From the NCBI GenBank assembly GCA_041746575.1, contig JBGTGT010000120.1, positions 11,339 to 75,338 of the forward strand: 64,000 bases of DNA, read 5' to 3'. Under the pieces are notes generated by a model, which saw only the letters and a program-made list of their open reading frames with translations, made no database searches and was not told the origin of the DNA. Position 1 is the first letter of the stretch. Each line of letters starts with the position of its first letter. The translations under genes and the position numbers were made by a program. The DNA comes from Microcystaceae cyanobacterium. GTDB taxonomy: Bacteria; Cyanobacteriota; Cyanobacteriia; Cyanobacteriales; Microcystaceae. Shown piece after piece: positions 44,811 through 56,502 of the stretch.

Positions 44811-45116
44811 ATGATCAATTTAGCCGTTATCGCCTCTTTAATTTATGGCAGTTTAGCGATCTTCGGGGGATTACTAGGATATATTAAAGTCAAAAGTTTG
44901 CCATCCCTGATTTCAGGGACATTTAGCGGTATTTTATTAGTTATTGCCGCTATTTTGCAGTTTCAAGGTATTTTTTGGGGCAAATATTTAGCGATCGCTG
45001 TGACTCTTTTATTGATCGTTGTTTTTATTATTCGTTGGTACAAGACGAAAAAAGTGATGCCTGCTGGCATGATGGTTATAGTAGGGACGGCTTGTTTGGT
45101 GATGATAAGTAAGTAG
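44811..45116 (+). CDS. TMEM14 family membrane protein
   Basis: GGLLGYIKVKSLPSLISG and KKVMPAG motifs. Confidence 0.85.
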   Translation: MINLAVIASLIYGSLAIFGGLLGYIKVKSLPSLISGTFSGILLVIAAILQFQGIFWGKYLAIAVTLLLIVVFIIRWYKTKKVMPAGMMVIVGTACLVMISK

Positions 45117-45186
45117 GTAAAAAAAGTTGTAAAATAGCTAGAGGACGAGCCTAAAGAGGAAAATTGAAAAGTTGCTAGCCCCTTTA

Positions 45187-45323
45187 AGCGGAGAAACTTA
45201 TTTAAAACTGATGGATTGGCAAGCCGAACAAGCCACTAAAAGATTGGCACAAACCGGACAAATTACGGTTATTGTCCAAGATAATCCCCTATCCATCTGA
45301 GTAAAAAAGTCCGAGAACATTAG
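45187..45323 (+). mobile_element. IS630-family transposase remnant
   Basis: YLKLMDWQAEQATKRLAQTGQITVIVQDN, then after a frameshift PIHLSKKVREH, which is the second DDE aspartate region (DNxxxH). Confidence 0.65.
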
Positions 45324-45326
45324 ACA

Positions 45327-45560
45327 TTACTGGGCATTTCCTCCCCCCGTCGTTATGCCTGAACCGATTCCCGCTAAAGTCTTATGCGTAATTAAAGCGC
45401 AAAAAGGATTTTGTTTTGAAGAAAAGCTTTGATTAGGTATAGCTATCGGTATTTCTTTATTTTCTTTCCTGTTAAGTTGAGGGATAAAATGCCCGATGCC
45501 GGTTGTTTTTGCCTTCGCCTTCGATGTGGTAACTGCCGCCCGATTGGAAGTTGAAGACAT
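45327..45560 (-). CDS. Hypothetical 77-aa protein
   Basis: ATG-started ORF; the opposite strand has stops; no recognised family. Confidence 0.35.
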   Translation of the reverse strand: MSSTSNRAAVTTSKAKAKTTGIGHFIPQLNRKENKEIPIAIPNQSFSSKQNPFCALITHKTLAGIGSGITTGGGNAQ

Positions 45561-45747
45561 TTAATTTAACAGAATTTTTTCCTTTAAAGCCCTCAAAATG
45601 TAAACAACTTAGAGAAAATTAGCGAATTCTACGAGGATAAAGATGGCAAAAATTTAAGGGAGAAAGTCGAAAAATAAGTCCAATATTATTATAATCTAAT
45701 TATCCCTAATCTTACCTGATATCCATCAAGGGTCGATTTTAAAATCA

Positions 45748-46880
45748 ATGACAAATTTTTCAAGTCCTCTTTTCACCATTGAAGTTCCAAAAAATGTGGG
45801 TCTTTCTGATCAAGTATGGCATCTAGATCAACTTTATCACTTAGGAAGGTCCCCATCTTACACTTATGTCCATTCTCCGTTTACTTGTCCTAGAAGTTAT
45901 CGTTCCAGTTGGTGGCAGAAAATAGGATTTTATCTTAAAAAGGGTTTCTTTTCAACTCAGCAAGCAGATAGACTTATCAAGTTTTTAGGGCTGGAGGATT
46001 TGGAGCCAAATATTAATAATTCATATTTTAGAAAGTGGCAAAAAATCATAATAAATATTGACAAGATTTTGGAAAAAAATACTGACTTAGACATCTCTCA
46101 GTTAAAACAAATTATTCAATCTAATTCGTCAGCTAAGGAAATAATTTATGTTTTTTCTACTGAAGGGTTATACCCATTCACTTTTCAGATTGATCAACTA
46201 ATTCAGCAAGCTGAATCTAAAGGAATCGCTCAAGACTTAAACTTTGCTGATCAATATTGGCAAGCGAGGAGTAAAATGCCTATTAATATTCCATTTGATC
46301 CGAATAAAATTAAAATTTTGCTCCATATCAGAAAAGGCGATACAGCTTGTGTTCAGCTCAATCATAAAACAATTTATACTCATGGAGCTATGGCCAAGAT
46401 CGCTAACTCGTTTGAGGAACTAAACGGTTACTTTAGAAAACCCGTAGAGGATCGAGAATATCACTTGATTCTTCATAAAATTTTTGCAAAATACGGAAAT
46501 CAAGCGTTTTCTACTATTGTTATTTCTGATGGTTATAACGGGACATTTAGAACGATTTTAAAATCGCTTTTAAAAGAACAAATTTATTTAAATTTTAAGG
46601 AAATAATTCAACTCATCATCATGCAATTGTCGGCTAACAGCAAATTCGAGGATTTTTTATCCTATTCTGATACGTCTATTATTATTGGGGAATATAATCA
46701 AAATTTACTCAAAAGTATTCAAGCATCTGTTTGTTAGGATCAAGTGGTTTTCCTTATTGGGTTCATTACACTTTTAAAAAAAATAATCGCCCTTCCTTTG
46801 TTGCTTCTACTAATTCATTTGATGAAGAAACCCTTCTTCGTATTGAAGGTCTGTTCGACTCATTCTTTAAACTAAACTGA
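45748..46880 (+). pseudogene. Fucosyltransferase-like (GT11/NodZ-type fold) protein, frameshifted near the C-terminus
   Basis: LHIRKGD (HxRxGD) and VISDG motifs; stops at 46737, but GSSGFPYW...FFKLN continues in another frame to 46880. Confidence 0.55.
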
Positions 46881-46882
46881 GG

Positions 46883-49240
46883 CTAAAATAAGTTCAAAAA
46901 TTGAGCAGAAAGCATGGGACGACCAAAATAATAACCCTGTCCATAGTCACAAGCTTGAAGACGGAGAAAGTCTGCTTGTGCTTTAGTTTCAACGCCTTCC
47001 GCTATCACTCTTAAATTTAAACTATGAGCCATCGCAATAATCGTTTTTACTAAAGAAATAGCTTCTGGATCATAGGGAATATCTGCAATAAAAGATTTAT
47101 CAATTTTAATGACATTAAAAGGAAACTTTTTTAGATAACTTAACGAGGAATATCCGGTTCCGAAATCATCCAAAGACAGTCGAATATGTAACTGATGTAA
47201 TTGAGTAATTAAATTATTTGCCCCCGGAATTTCTTCAACTAATAATCATTCTGTTAATTCTAATTCTAAGCAGTGATTCGGTAAATTGTGATAACGAATA
47301 GCCGTCTGCACGATATCGAGAAAATTGGTTTCCCGAAACTGACGAGGGGATAAATTCACGGCTACCCAGATAGAAGGACGGGTTTTACGCCAATGCGCCA
47401 CATCTTGACACGCTTGATTTAAAATCCATGCGCCTAATTCCGCGATTAATCCTGTTTCCTCAGCAATGGGGATAAATTGGTCGGGAAAAATTGCTCCTAG
47501 CTTCTCATTTTGCCAACGCATTAACGCTTCCACTCCCACTACTTGATTATTTGTTAAATCAACGAGGGGTTGATAGAGCGCATAAATTTCCTTTTTTTCG
47601 AGGGCGTGACGCATTTGTCCTTCGATTTGTCGTCTTTCTTGGGCATTTTCGTTCATTTGAGCCGTAAAAAACTTAAAACCATTGCGCCCATCCCGCTTCA
47701 CTCGATACATCGCCGTATCTGCATTGCGGAGTAAGATATCAATTTCTGCTCCATCATCGGGGTATAAGGTAATGCCAATACTGGTAGAGACAAAGATTTC
47801 TTCTTCTCCCAACTGGAAAGGTGATTCAAGGGCAGAAAGAATTTTTAAGGACACTCGTTCAGCTTGGCAATAATCGTTTAAATTCGTTAGAATAATCAAA
47901 AATTCATCACCTCCTAAGCGAGCCACTGTATCACTTTGCCGCAGACACCCAGACAATCTTTGCGCCGTTTGCACCAGTATTTGATCGCCTATATCATGGC
48001 CAAGGGTATTATTAATATTCTTGAAATTATCTAAATCCAAAAACATGACGGCTACCTTCTGATGGGTACGCCTCGCTTGGACAATAGATTGCTGTAATCG
48101 GTCAAATACCAGAAAACGGTTAGACAAATGAGTGAGAGCATCATGATTCGCTTGATAACTTAAGCGTTCTTCTTGTAGCTTCCGTTCTGTAATATCTTCT
48201 TTAACTCCAACGAAATGAGTAATCTGCCCTTCATAGTTATAAATAGGTGAAATAGAGGCAATTTCCCAAAATAATTCGCCATTTTTACGACGATTACACA
48301 ATTCTCCATGCCATTCGTTGCCACTGATAATCGTTTGCCATAGAAATTGATAAACTTCAGGCGCAATGTTACCTGATTTCAATAAACGGGGATTTTGTCC
48401 GATGACTTCTTGGGCAGTATAACCTGTTAATTCTTCAAATTTGGGGTTAACATATTCAATATTACCGTCGATATTCGTAATTATTATAGAAGCAGGACTT
48501 TGCTCCACCGCACGCCAAAGGATCTGCAGTTTTTCGTCGGTACGCTTGCTCTCGGTAATATCGTTAATACTCACGAGATAAGCCGATAAGTTTTGCCAAG
48601 AAATCAAAGTATTACGTAATTGGGCAATGCGCAGACCTTTTTCGGCATTAAAAACCTCAATTTCTGTTGATTCGTTCTCAATAATTGGTAATCCCAGCAT
48701 TTCTCCCAATAATTGAGCAGACGGACGACCAAAGAGCGTTTCAGCAGAAGAATTTGCAAATAAAACCGTTCCTTGTCTATCTAGAACGAGAATGGCATTA
48801 ATATCTCCTTGAATAATCGTTTTTAAGCGTTCCTCCGATTCTTTCAGCGATCGCTCTGTTTCTTGATACTGAGTAATATCATGACAAAGCACCACCGTCC
48901 CCAACCTATTCTGATGCGTATCAAAAATCAACTGAAAATCAAGGGTTAACCATTTATTTTGGCAATCAATTAGGCAATTGAGGGTGTAAGTCTTTGTTCT
49001 TTCGCCCGCTTTTTTAAAGTCTTCTAGTTTCTCGCCAATTTCACCCAATTGAAGTGAGGATAAATTGAGGAAAGAAGGGGAGGTTAGGGGTTGTAATAAG
49101 CGTATAGCGGCATCGTTTGCGTCAATAAAGCGATAGTGAACATCAAAAATCAGCACAGCGTCTTTTGAATGCTGAAATACTGCCCGATAGGAGTCATGAT
49201 TTGCTGATAAATTTCTACTTTCTCCCTTAAATTCTTTCAT
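46883..49240 (-). pseudogene. PAS-PAS-PAS-GGDEF-EAL protein interrupted by an in-frame TGA
   Basis: RQSDTVARLGGDEF and VEALMRW; LELTE*LLVEEIPGANNLITQLHQLHIRLSLDDFGTGYSSL is all one frame, with the stop at 47246-47248. Confidence 0.88.
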
Positions 49241-49548
49241 TGGCTTGATTTTCGGACGATGGGCGGGTCAGCTACAGAGATAACCTCCTAACAACAAAAG
49301 TTTATCCTGTTGAGAGTGTCCCTAATCAGAATTGTAGAGAAAAGATCATAAAAAAGGATTTTTTCTTAACAATAATCCAAAAAATAGTATCTCTTGTTTC
49401 TGGGAGCTTATCTAATACGAAATTTACCTTTAAAAAGGCAGAAGTCAAAAATCAGGCAGGTAAAATTCACAATTCATCTAATAGGTTCTTTGCAATTCTA
49501 GCCAATATTATGTAAATTTGTATCAGCGTCGTTATCTTAATTAACCCT

Positions 49549-50568
49549 ATGTTGCCTGCGGTTGTTGTTGAACATCTTCAAAAGTCTTACGGAACGATAC
49601 CAGCAGTTAAAGATATATCCTTTAAAGTCCAAGCCGGAGAAATCTTCGGACTGCTAGGCCCTAATGGGGCGGGTAAAACCACTACGATTCGCTGTTTATG
49701 TACCTTAGCAACCCCTGATAGTGGAATTTTAGAGGTGGGTGGTCTTTCTGTTGTCGATAACCCCAGAGGAGTACGTCGCCGTCTAGGGTATGTTGCCCAA
49801 GAAGTTGCCCTCGATAAAATGTTAACAGGACGGGAATTACTACAATTGCAGGCGGCTTTGTACCATCTTCCCCGTCAACGTTCTCAACAAAGAATTGAGC
49901 AATTAATTGAGTTATTAGGCTTAAATAACTATGCAGGCCAAAAAACGGGGACTTATTCAGGAGGCATTCGTAAACGTTTAGACTTAGCGGCCGGATTACT
50001 TCATCAGCCCGAAGTGTTAGTCTTAGATGAACCCACCGTCGGTCTTGATATTGAGAGTCGCCGCATTGTCTGGGAATTTTTAAAGCAATTAAAAGAAGCA
50101 GGGACAACTGTCCTGATTACCAGTCATTATCTTGAAGAAATTGATATTTTAGCCGACAGCGTGGCGATTATTGACCAAGGGGTGGTGATTGCTGAAGGCG
50201 CACCTTCGGAATTAAAAGATCGCCTAGGTGGTGATAGAGTGACCTTACGGATACGAGAATTTGCATCCGAAGAAGAAGCCAATAAAGCTAAGATTATTTT
50301 GCAAGATTTGCCTTTCATTGAAGGAATTATCGTAAATTCTGCCCAAGGAAACAGCTTAAATTTGGTGGTCACTCCCCAAAGTAATCCTCTAAGTAAAATA
50401 GAACAAGCGTTAGAATCCGTCAGCGTACCCATTTTTAGTATGGCGCAATCCCGTCCCAGCTTAGATGACGTCTATCTAGCCGCCACTGGACAAACCCTAA
50501 TGGATGCTGAAATGGCCGCTTCTGGAAAAAGAGACTTAAAAGCCGAGAAAAAGCAATCGATGCCCTAA
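49549..50568 (+). CDS. ABC transporter ATP-binding protein (DrrA-like)
   Basis: GPNGAGKT, YSGG, LDEPTVGLD, SHY. Confidence 0.93.
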   Translation: MLPAVVVEHLQKSYGTIPAVKDISFKVQAGEIFGLLGPNGAGKTTTIRCLCTLATPDSGILEVGGLSVVDNPRGVRRRLGYVAQEVALDKMLTGRELLQLQAALYHLPRQRSQQRIEQLIELLGLNNYAGQKTGTYSGGIRKRLDLAAGLLHQPEVLVLDEPTVGLDIESRRIVWEFLKQLKEAGTTVLITSHYLEEIDILADSVAIIDQGVVIAEGAPSELKDRLGGDRVTLRIREFASEEEANKAKIILQDLPFIEGIIVNSAQGNSLNLVVTPQSNPLSKIEQALESVSVPIFSMAQSRPSLDDVYLAATGQTLMDAEMAASGKRDLKAEKKQSMP

Positions 50569-50660
50569 TTTCAGTAAACCGTAATCTGTCTTTTTTAGGG
50601 GTTTGTTCCCGATTGTCCAAACCATAGAAACTAAACCTTTACATCAGGAAAAGTGTCAAA

Positions 50661-51545
50661 ATGAGTCAAACTTTAACAAAACCCAATTTAGATTCTAATT
50701 CTGCCTTAAAACCCTCTGTAGAAGACTCCAATAGTGCCTTAGGGGATTTCACCCAAGAAACCTTGGCCATGACGAAGCGATTGTTCATTCAACTGAAAAG
50801 ACGACCTTCTACCCTTATCGCGGGAATTATTCAGCCTTTTATGTGGTTAATTCTCTTTGGTGCTTTATTCTACAATGCCCCTCAAGGATTATTTGGCAAT
50901 GACCTTAATTATGCCCAATTTTTAGCCCCCGGTATCATTGTGTTTACCGCTTTTTCGGGAGCGTTAAATGCAGGTCTTCCCGTGATGTTTGACCGAGAAT
51001 TCGGCTTTTTAAATCGTTTTCTCGTTGCACCTTTATCTTCCCGTTATTCTATCGTTGCCGCTTCTACTCTCTATATTATTACCTTAAGTTTAATTCAAAC
51101 GGCTGTGATTGTGGCGGTTAGTGCCGTTTTAGGCGCAGGATTACCCAATTTAGCGAGTTTAAGCATGATTACCCTCATTGTTTTTCTGGTGGTGCTTGGG
51201 GTGACTGCTCTTAGTTTGGGGTTAGCGTTTGCTTTACCAGGGCATATTGAGTTAATTGCTGTGATTTTTGTGACAAATTTACCCTTACTCTTCGCCAGTA
51301 CTGCTCTTGCGCCCTTATCCTTTATGGCGAAATGGTTACAAGTGGTCGCCAGTCTAAACCCCCTCACCTACGCCATTGACTCTATTCGCTATATTTATCT
51401 TGAGAGAGATTGGCATTGGCATAGCACAGTATTATCTACCCCTTGGGCGAATCTAAACTTTATCACGGTCATTCTCGTATTGTTAGGATTCAATGGGTTA
51501 ATATTATTAGCAGTACAGCCCTTATTACGCCGCCGTTTCGCTTAG
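50661..51545 (+). CDS. ABC-2 type transporter permease
   Basis: FDREFGFLNRFLVAP and LNPLTYAID; six TMs; follows the ATPase. Confidence 0.9.
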   Translation: MSQTLTKPNLDSNSALKPSVEDSNSALGDFTQETLAMTKRLFIQLKRRPSTLIAGIIQPFMWLILFGALFYNAPQGLFGNDLNYAQFLAPGIIVFTAFSGALNAGLPVMFDREFGFLNRFLVAPLSSRYSIVAASTLYIITLSLIQTAVIVAVSAVLGAGLPNLASLSMITLIVFLVVLGVTALSLGLAFALPGHIELIAVIFVTNLPLLFASTALAPLSFMAKWLQVVASLNPLTYAIDSIRYIYLERDWHWHSTVLSTPWANLNFITVILVLLGFNGLILLAVQPLLRRRFA

Positions 51546-51580
51546 CACTAAGTCGCAGAAATCTGAGGAGTTATTTAGCT

Positions 51581-51934
51581 ATGAAAACCGCTTTAATCTT
51601 TACCAGTGTGACCAGTTTTTTATTGAGTGTTGCCCCGATTACGGTTGCCCAAGAATATCAACCAGAAGGGTTATTACAGCCGAATACGGAAGGGGGAGAA
51701 TTTCAAAAAAATTCAGTGGATTCCCTAGGAGAAAGTTCCTTTGGCGGTGGTTTTGATCCTTTGCAATTGATTCACAATCACAATCTTAGACGGAGTCGAG
51801 GGGGAGCAGAATTTGCCGAAGATTCGGAAGTGAATTTAAACAACGCCGCCGAGCAGTTCAAAAAATTGCAACAACAACGCCTTTTAGAACAACAAAACAG
51901 CACTTCTACTGAAGCAGGCAATGAGGAATTGTAA
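51581..51934 (+). CDS. Hypothetical secreted protein
   Basis: GAGGAG RBS, signal peptide, FDPLQLIH motif. Confidence 0.7.
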   Translation: MKTALIFTSVTSFLLSVAPITVAQEYQPEGLLQPNTEGGEFQKNSVDSLGESSFGGGFDPLQLIHNHNLRRSRGGAEFAEDSEVNLNNAAEQFKKLQQQRLLEQQNSTSTEAGNEEL

Positions 51935-52050
51935 AGGAAAAAAGGCAGGATAAAATTCAGTATGTTTTTGAGTTAATTTAATGAAACAGACTCTTTCTCT
52001 ATACTTTACTTTTCATCCATTCGTTGCCCTCAAATCTCTCGTCATTCAAT

Positions 52051-53085
52051 ATGAATTTTGAGCAATTATTCACCCTCATTGAAAGGCTGGTATTGTGCCA
52101 TTCTCCTAGTGGTGTTGAAACTGAAATTGATCAATTTATTTTTAATTATATTGCGAATTTAAATTTAAATTCATGGCAAGATCAAGCCGGTAATATTATT
52201 ATTAAAATAGCCGGAGAAAAAGCGACGGAAACCATTGCCATTACTGCTCATAAAGACGAAATTGGCATGATTGTTAAAGGCATTGATGAACAAGGAAGTT
52301 TACATCTCAGAAAAGTCGGGGGAGCTTTTCCTTGGGTATATGGGGAAGGGGTGGTAGATATTATCGGAGATTACGCCATTCTTAGCGGTATTCTCTCCTT
52401 TGGTTCGCGCCATGTTTCCCATGAATCACCGCAAAAAGCACAGCAAGAAAATTTACCGGTAACGTGGGAAAATACTTGGGTCGAAATGCCCTATTCGCCA
52501 GCAGAATTAAAGAAAGCAGGGATTCACATTGGCAGTCGAGCGGTGGTCGGTAAACATCGGAAAAAACCGATCAGACTTAATGATTATATTGCCAGTTATA
52601 CCCTTGATAATAAAGCATCTCTGGCGATTTTATTAACCCTTGCCCAACAGCTTAAAAAACCGAAATATGATGTGTATTTAGTGGCCTCTGCCAAAGAAGA
52701 AGTAGGGGCATTAGGGGCGTTATATTTTACGCAAAATAACCCTATTGACGGCTTAATTGCCCTTGAAATTTGTCCTTTGTCTTCAGAATATCCAATGATA
52801 AAAGGGGAAAATCCGGTCTTACTTTCCCAAGATGGCTATGGAATTTATGACGAAGGATTAAATTTAGATATTCGTCAAGCGGCACAAAAAGCGGATGTTA
52901 ATTTACAATTGGGCGTGATCAGTGGCTTTGGCAGTGACGCATCGATCGCCATGAAACTCGGTCATCTTTCGAGGGGAGCTTGTCTTAGTTTTCCAACGCA
53001 AAATACTCATGGTTATGAAATTGCTCATCTTGGTGCGATCGCTAATTGCTTTAAGATATTATTGGCTTATCTTGAGAGATATTAA
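52051..53085 (+). CDS. M42 family metallopeptidase
   Basis: SPSGVE, AHKDEIG, LDNK, KEEVG, NTHGYE. Confidence 0.88.
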   Translation: MNFEQLFTLIERLVLCHSPSGVETEIDQFIFNYIANLNLNSWQDQAGNIIIKIAGEKATETIAITAHKDEIGMIVKGIDEQGSLHLRKVGGAFPWVYGEGVVDIIGDYAILSGILSFGSRHVSHESPQKAQQENLPVTWENTWVEMPYSPAELKKAGIHIGSRAVVGKHRKKPIRLNDYIASYTLDNKASLAILLTLAQQLKKPKYDVYLVASAKEEVGALGALYFTQNNPIDGLIALEICPLSSEYPMIKGENPVLLSQDGYGIYDEGLNLDIRQAAQKADVNLQLGVISGFGSDASIAMKLGHLSRGACLSFPTQNTHGYEIAHLGAIANCFKILLAYLERY

Positions 53086-53222
53086 ATTCAATTCACTTTC
53101 TCTGTTCTAACTCAGGCGTAGAGGTTTCCTCACATGATCCCCTTAACGAATGATAACCCCTAGGATATGATCAACTTAGCGGAGCTTATCCCATTTTGTT
53201 CAATGATTAAGGACGTTACGTT

Positions 53223-54053
53223 ATGGCCTATTTTAGTCCGAGTGAAACCACCGTTGCTTTTCACACCTCTTCAGCTTACTCGGTTTCCTCTAATGTTTCA
53301 GATGTCCCCATTTCATCGCCTCAATTGAATTTAACGGACATTAACACCGAATTATCGTCGGCAGACCCTTTCCAACTCGTTGAATGGGCTGATTACACTT
53401 TCGGAAGCGGCTTAGTAATGAGTACCAGTTTTGGGATTCAAGCGGCAGTAATGCTTCACCTTGTCACAGAAGTTGCCCCTCGAATTCCAGTGATTTGGGT
53501 AGATACTGGCTATCTTCCGGCGGAAACATACCACTTTGCAGAAAAACTAACCGAAAAGTTCAAATTAAACCTTAAAGTTTATCAATCTCCCCTCTCGCCT
53601 GCCCGCATGGAAGCCATTTATGGTCAATTATGGGAGCAAAAAGAGGTAGAATCTCTTAACCGTTACGACTACATCCGTAAAGTTGAACCAATGCAACGGG
53701 CATTACAAGAACTACAAGCGACGGCATGGTTAACAGGATTACGGAGTGAACAAACAGATCACCGTAAAAACCTTGATAAAGTAACGAAACAAAGTAATAT
53801 TTACAAAATTCATCCGATTTTAGCTTGGAACGCCCGTGATATCTATCAATATTTAACCGCCCATGACTTACCCTATCATCCTTATTTTGATCAAGGTTAT
53901 GTTTCTGTCGGCGATTGGCATTCGAGTCGCCCCTTAACCGCTAACGATACAGACGCAAGAGATACCCGTTTTCATGGAGTGAAACAAGAATGTGGCTTAC
54001 ACTTGCCCTTAAGCCCAGAAGCTGCCCAAAGCTTGGATTCTAGCACATTATAA
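53223..54053 (+). CDS. cysH: Phosphoadenosine phosphosulfate reductase
   Basis: TSFG, DTGY, RKVEP, GYVSVGD, ECGLH. Confidence 0.95.
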   Translation: MAYFSPSETTVAFHTSSAYSVSSNVSDVPISSPQLNLTDINTELSSADPFQLVEWADYTFGSGLVMSTSFGIQAAVMLHLVTEVAPRIPVIWVDTGYLPAETYHFAEKLTEKFKLNLKVYQSPLSPARMEAIYGQLWEQKEVESLNRYDYIRKVEPMQRALQELQATAWLTGLRSEQTDHRKNLDKVTKQSNIYKIHPILAWNARDIYQYLTAHDLPYHPYFDQGYVSVGDWHSSRPLTANDTDARDTRFHGVKQECGLHLPLSPEAAQSLDSSTL

Positions 54054-54134
54054 CCGTTCCCAATGACCTTCATTATGAAGATCTAAGATCCTTACCCCTC
54101 AATGCAAGAGAAAATTCAACATCCAGAAGCGATA

Positions 54135-54803
54135 ATGACCGACCTTTCTCAGCCTAGCTTTATTTCTCCTCAAGTTTCTGCTGAAAACTTGTCTTTAGAT
54201 AAACCCATTCAGTTAGGGGTGATGGCCTCAGGTAGTGGAACAAATTACGAAGTGATCGCTCAAGCCATTACAGAAAAAAGGTTAAATGCGGAGATTAAAG
54301 TCATCGTATATAATAATCCTGAGGCAACTGTCAAAAAACGGGCAGAAAAGTGGAATCATCCTGCGATTTTATTAAATCATCGGAATTATAAACAACGAGA
54401 AGATTTAGATCGCGCAATTATTAAGGTCTTTCAGGAATATCAAGTAGAATGGATCATCATGGCAGGTTGGATGCGAATTATCACCTCAGTTCTGCTCAAT
54501 GCTTATCCTGACCGCATATTAAATATTCATCCCAGTTTATTACCCAGTTTTAAAGGCATTCACGCCATTGAACAAGCCTTAGCGGCAGGAGCTAAAATAA
54601 CGGGTTGTACGGTTCATTTTGCCAGTTTAGCGATTGATAGTGGACAAATTATTATGCAGGCGGCCGTTCCCATTCTGCCGAATGATACCGCTGAAACCCT
54701 TCATACTCGTGTGCAAATTCAAGAACATCGCATTTTTCCCCTAGCGATCACTTTAGCGGCTCAATCACAGCAAACCCCAAAAACCACCCCGCAGGGTGGC
54801 TAA
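54135..54803 (+). CDS. purN: Phosphoribosylglycinamide formyltransferase
   Basis: MASGSGTN, MAGWMRI, LNIHPSLLPSFKG, GCTVH. Confidence 0.95.
   Translation: MTDLSQPSFISPQVSAENLSLDKPIQLGVMASGSGTNYEVIAQAITEKRLNAEIKVIVYNNPEATVKKRAEKWNHPAILLNHRNYKQREDLDRAIIKVFQEYQVEWIIMAGWMRIITSVLLNAYPDRILNIHPSLLPSFKGIHAIEQALAAGAKITGCTVHFASLAIDSGQIIMQAAVPILPNDTAETLHTRVQIQEHRIFPLAITLAAQSQQTPKTTPQGG
54779..54800 (-). terminator. glnA terminator, overlapping the purN 3' end
   Basis: Minus strand GCCACCC-TGCG-GGGTGG-TTTTT. Confidence 0.65.
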
Positions 54804-54826
54804 AGTCATAACGGTGTTACGAAAGA

Positions 54827-56248
54827 TTAACAATCGTAATAGAGGGCAAATTCATAAGGATGAGGCCGTAACCGCATTGGGTTCACTTCGTTATCGAGTT
54901 TGTATTCAATCCAATTTTCAATGAAATCGGTGGTAAATACGCCAGTACCCGTTAAAAATTCATGATCTTGCTCCAAAGCTTCCAAAGCCGCCTCTAGAGA
55001 ACCGGGAGTAGAAGGAATCTTACTTAACTCTTCAGGAGAAAGATCGTAAATATCCACATCTAAGGGCTCACCGGGGTCGATTTCGTTCTTAATCCCGTCA
55101 ATAGCCGCACAAAGAAGTGCTGCAAAAGCCAGATAAGGGTTAGAAGTTGCATCAGGACAACGAAATTCAAAGCGTTTTGCTTTCGGATTGCCACCCGATA
55201 AAGGAATCCGTACAGAAGCGGAGCGATTACCTTGAGAGTAGGCTAAGTTAACAGGGGCTTCAAATCCTGGAACAAGACGCTTGTAAGAGTTTGTTGTCGG
55301 GTTTGTTAAAGCTAAAAGCGCAGGAGCATGTTTGAGAACGCCGCCAATCGCATATAAAGCCATTTGACTTAAATCAGCGTATTTATCGCCAAAGAAGACC
55401 GGTTGTCCATCATTCCAGATAGACAGGTGGGTGTGCATTCCCGAACCGTTATCATTAAATAGGGGTTTCGGCATAAAGGTCACGGTTTTGCCGCATTTTT
55501 TAGCAACATTTTTGATAACGTATTTGTAAATCATCAAATTGTCTGCCGCCTTAACCAAGGTATCAAAACGGATCCCTAGTTCATTTTGACCACCTGTAGC
55601 CACCTCATGGTGATGTTTTTCGATAGGAACGCCACAGTCCTTCATGAGTAGTAGCATTTCCGTCCGCATATCTTGGATAGTGTCGGTAGGAGCAACAGGG
55701 AAGTATCCTTCTTTGTAGCGGGGCTTATAGCCTAAATTACCGCCTTCTTCTTTTTTACCCGTGTTCCAACGACCTTCCACACTATCAACGTGGTAATAGC
55801 CTTCGTTTTCTCTCTGGTCGAAACGTACGTCATCAAAGACAAAAAATTCAGCTTCCGGTCCAAAAAAGGCTGTGTCACCGATTCCCGTACTTTTAAGGTA
55901 CTCCAGTGCCTTCATTGCAATGACACGAGGGCAACGCTCATACCATTCATTGGTCCGAGGTTCTTTAATACTACAGATCATACTGAGGGTCGGTTCTGCA
56001 TAGAACGGGTCGATCCAAGCTGTGGTTGGATCGGGTACCATACACATATCTGATTCATTGATCGCTTTCCAGCCCCGAATACTCGACCCATCAAAGGGAA
56101 CTCCCTCATCAAAAGAATTTTCATCAATTTGATTTTGGTAAAAGGAACAGTGTTGCCAGATTCCGGGCATATCAATAAACTTAAGATCGATGATCTGGAT
56201 ATTTTGGTCTTGGATCATTTTCAAGACTCCTTGGGGCGTTTCAGGCAT
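54827..56248 (-). CDS. glnA: Glutamine synthetase type I
   Basis: [45 protein letters not shown]. Confidence 0.99.
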   Translation of the reverse strand: MPETPQGVLKMIQDQNIQIIDLKFIDMPGIWQHCSFYQNQIDENSFDEGVPFDGSSIRGWKAINESDMCMVPDPTTAWIDPFYAEPTLSMICSIKEPRTNEWYERCPRVIAMKALEYLKSTGIGDTAFFGPEAEFFVFDDVRFDQRENEGYYHVDSVEGRWNTGKKEEGGNLGYKPRYKEGYFPVAPTDTIQDMRTEMLLLMKDCGVPIEKHHHEVATGGQNELGIRFDTLVKAADNLMIYKYVIKNVAKKCGKTVTFMPKPLFNDNGSGMHTHLSIWNDGQPVFFGDKYADLSQMALYAIGGVLKHAPALLALTNPTTNSYKRLVPGFEAPVNLAYSQGNRSASVRIPLSGGNPKAKRFEFRCPDATSNPYLAFAALLCAAIDGIKNEIDPGEPLDVDIYDLSPEELSKIPSTPGSLEAALEALEQDHEFLTGTGVFTTDFIENWIEYKLDNEVNPMRLRPHPYEFALYYDC

Positions 56249-56299
56249 TGATATTACTCCTTAACTAGGGACAAATTGGTACATCGTCTCAAATCATTC

Positions 56300-56341
56300 A
56301 TCGTAGAGAGTCACAGGCAGATGATTTGTATTACCTGCTAC
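56300..56341 (-). promoter_or_regulatory. Canonical NtcA-activated glnA promoter
   Basis: Minus strand GTA-GCAGGTAA-TAC (56341-56328), 22 nt, then -10 TACGAT (56305-56300); fits GTAN8TAC-N22-TAN3T exactly. Confidence 0.9.
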
Positions 56342-56389
56342 AAAATACCATGCCTTTCTTGCATTGAAATCTATAAAAATTGCAAAATT

Positions 56390-56403
56390 GTAGTGATTGA
56401 TAC
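56390..56403. promoter_or_regulatory. Second NtcA-type palindrome
   Basis: GTA-GTGATTGA-TAC. Confidence 0.5.
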
Positions 56404-56502
56404 GGAGTAAGACGCTAACCGACTCCTGAAGTTAGAAATTTAAAGTCGGAAGTCATGTTATAACTTGTGCAAAGGACTTTTACAACAAGAAGGATTTTGA
56501 CC

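Noticed and set aside
45327..45560. RiPP precursor
   Set aside because: No recognisable leader family and no adjacent modification or export genes
47246..47248. TGA as selenocysteine
   Set aside because: The position is not a Cys-type catalytic site, and no convincing SECIS hairpin follows
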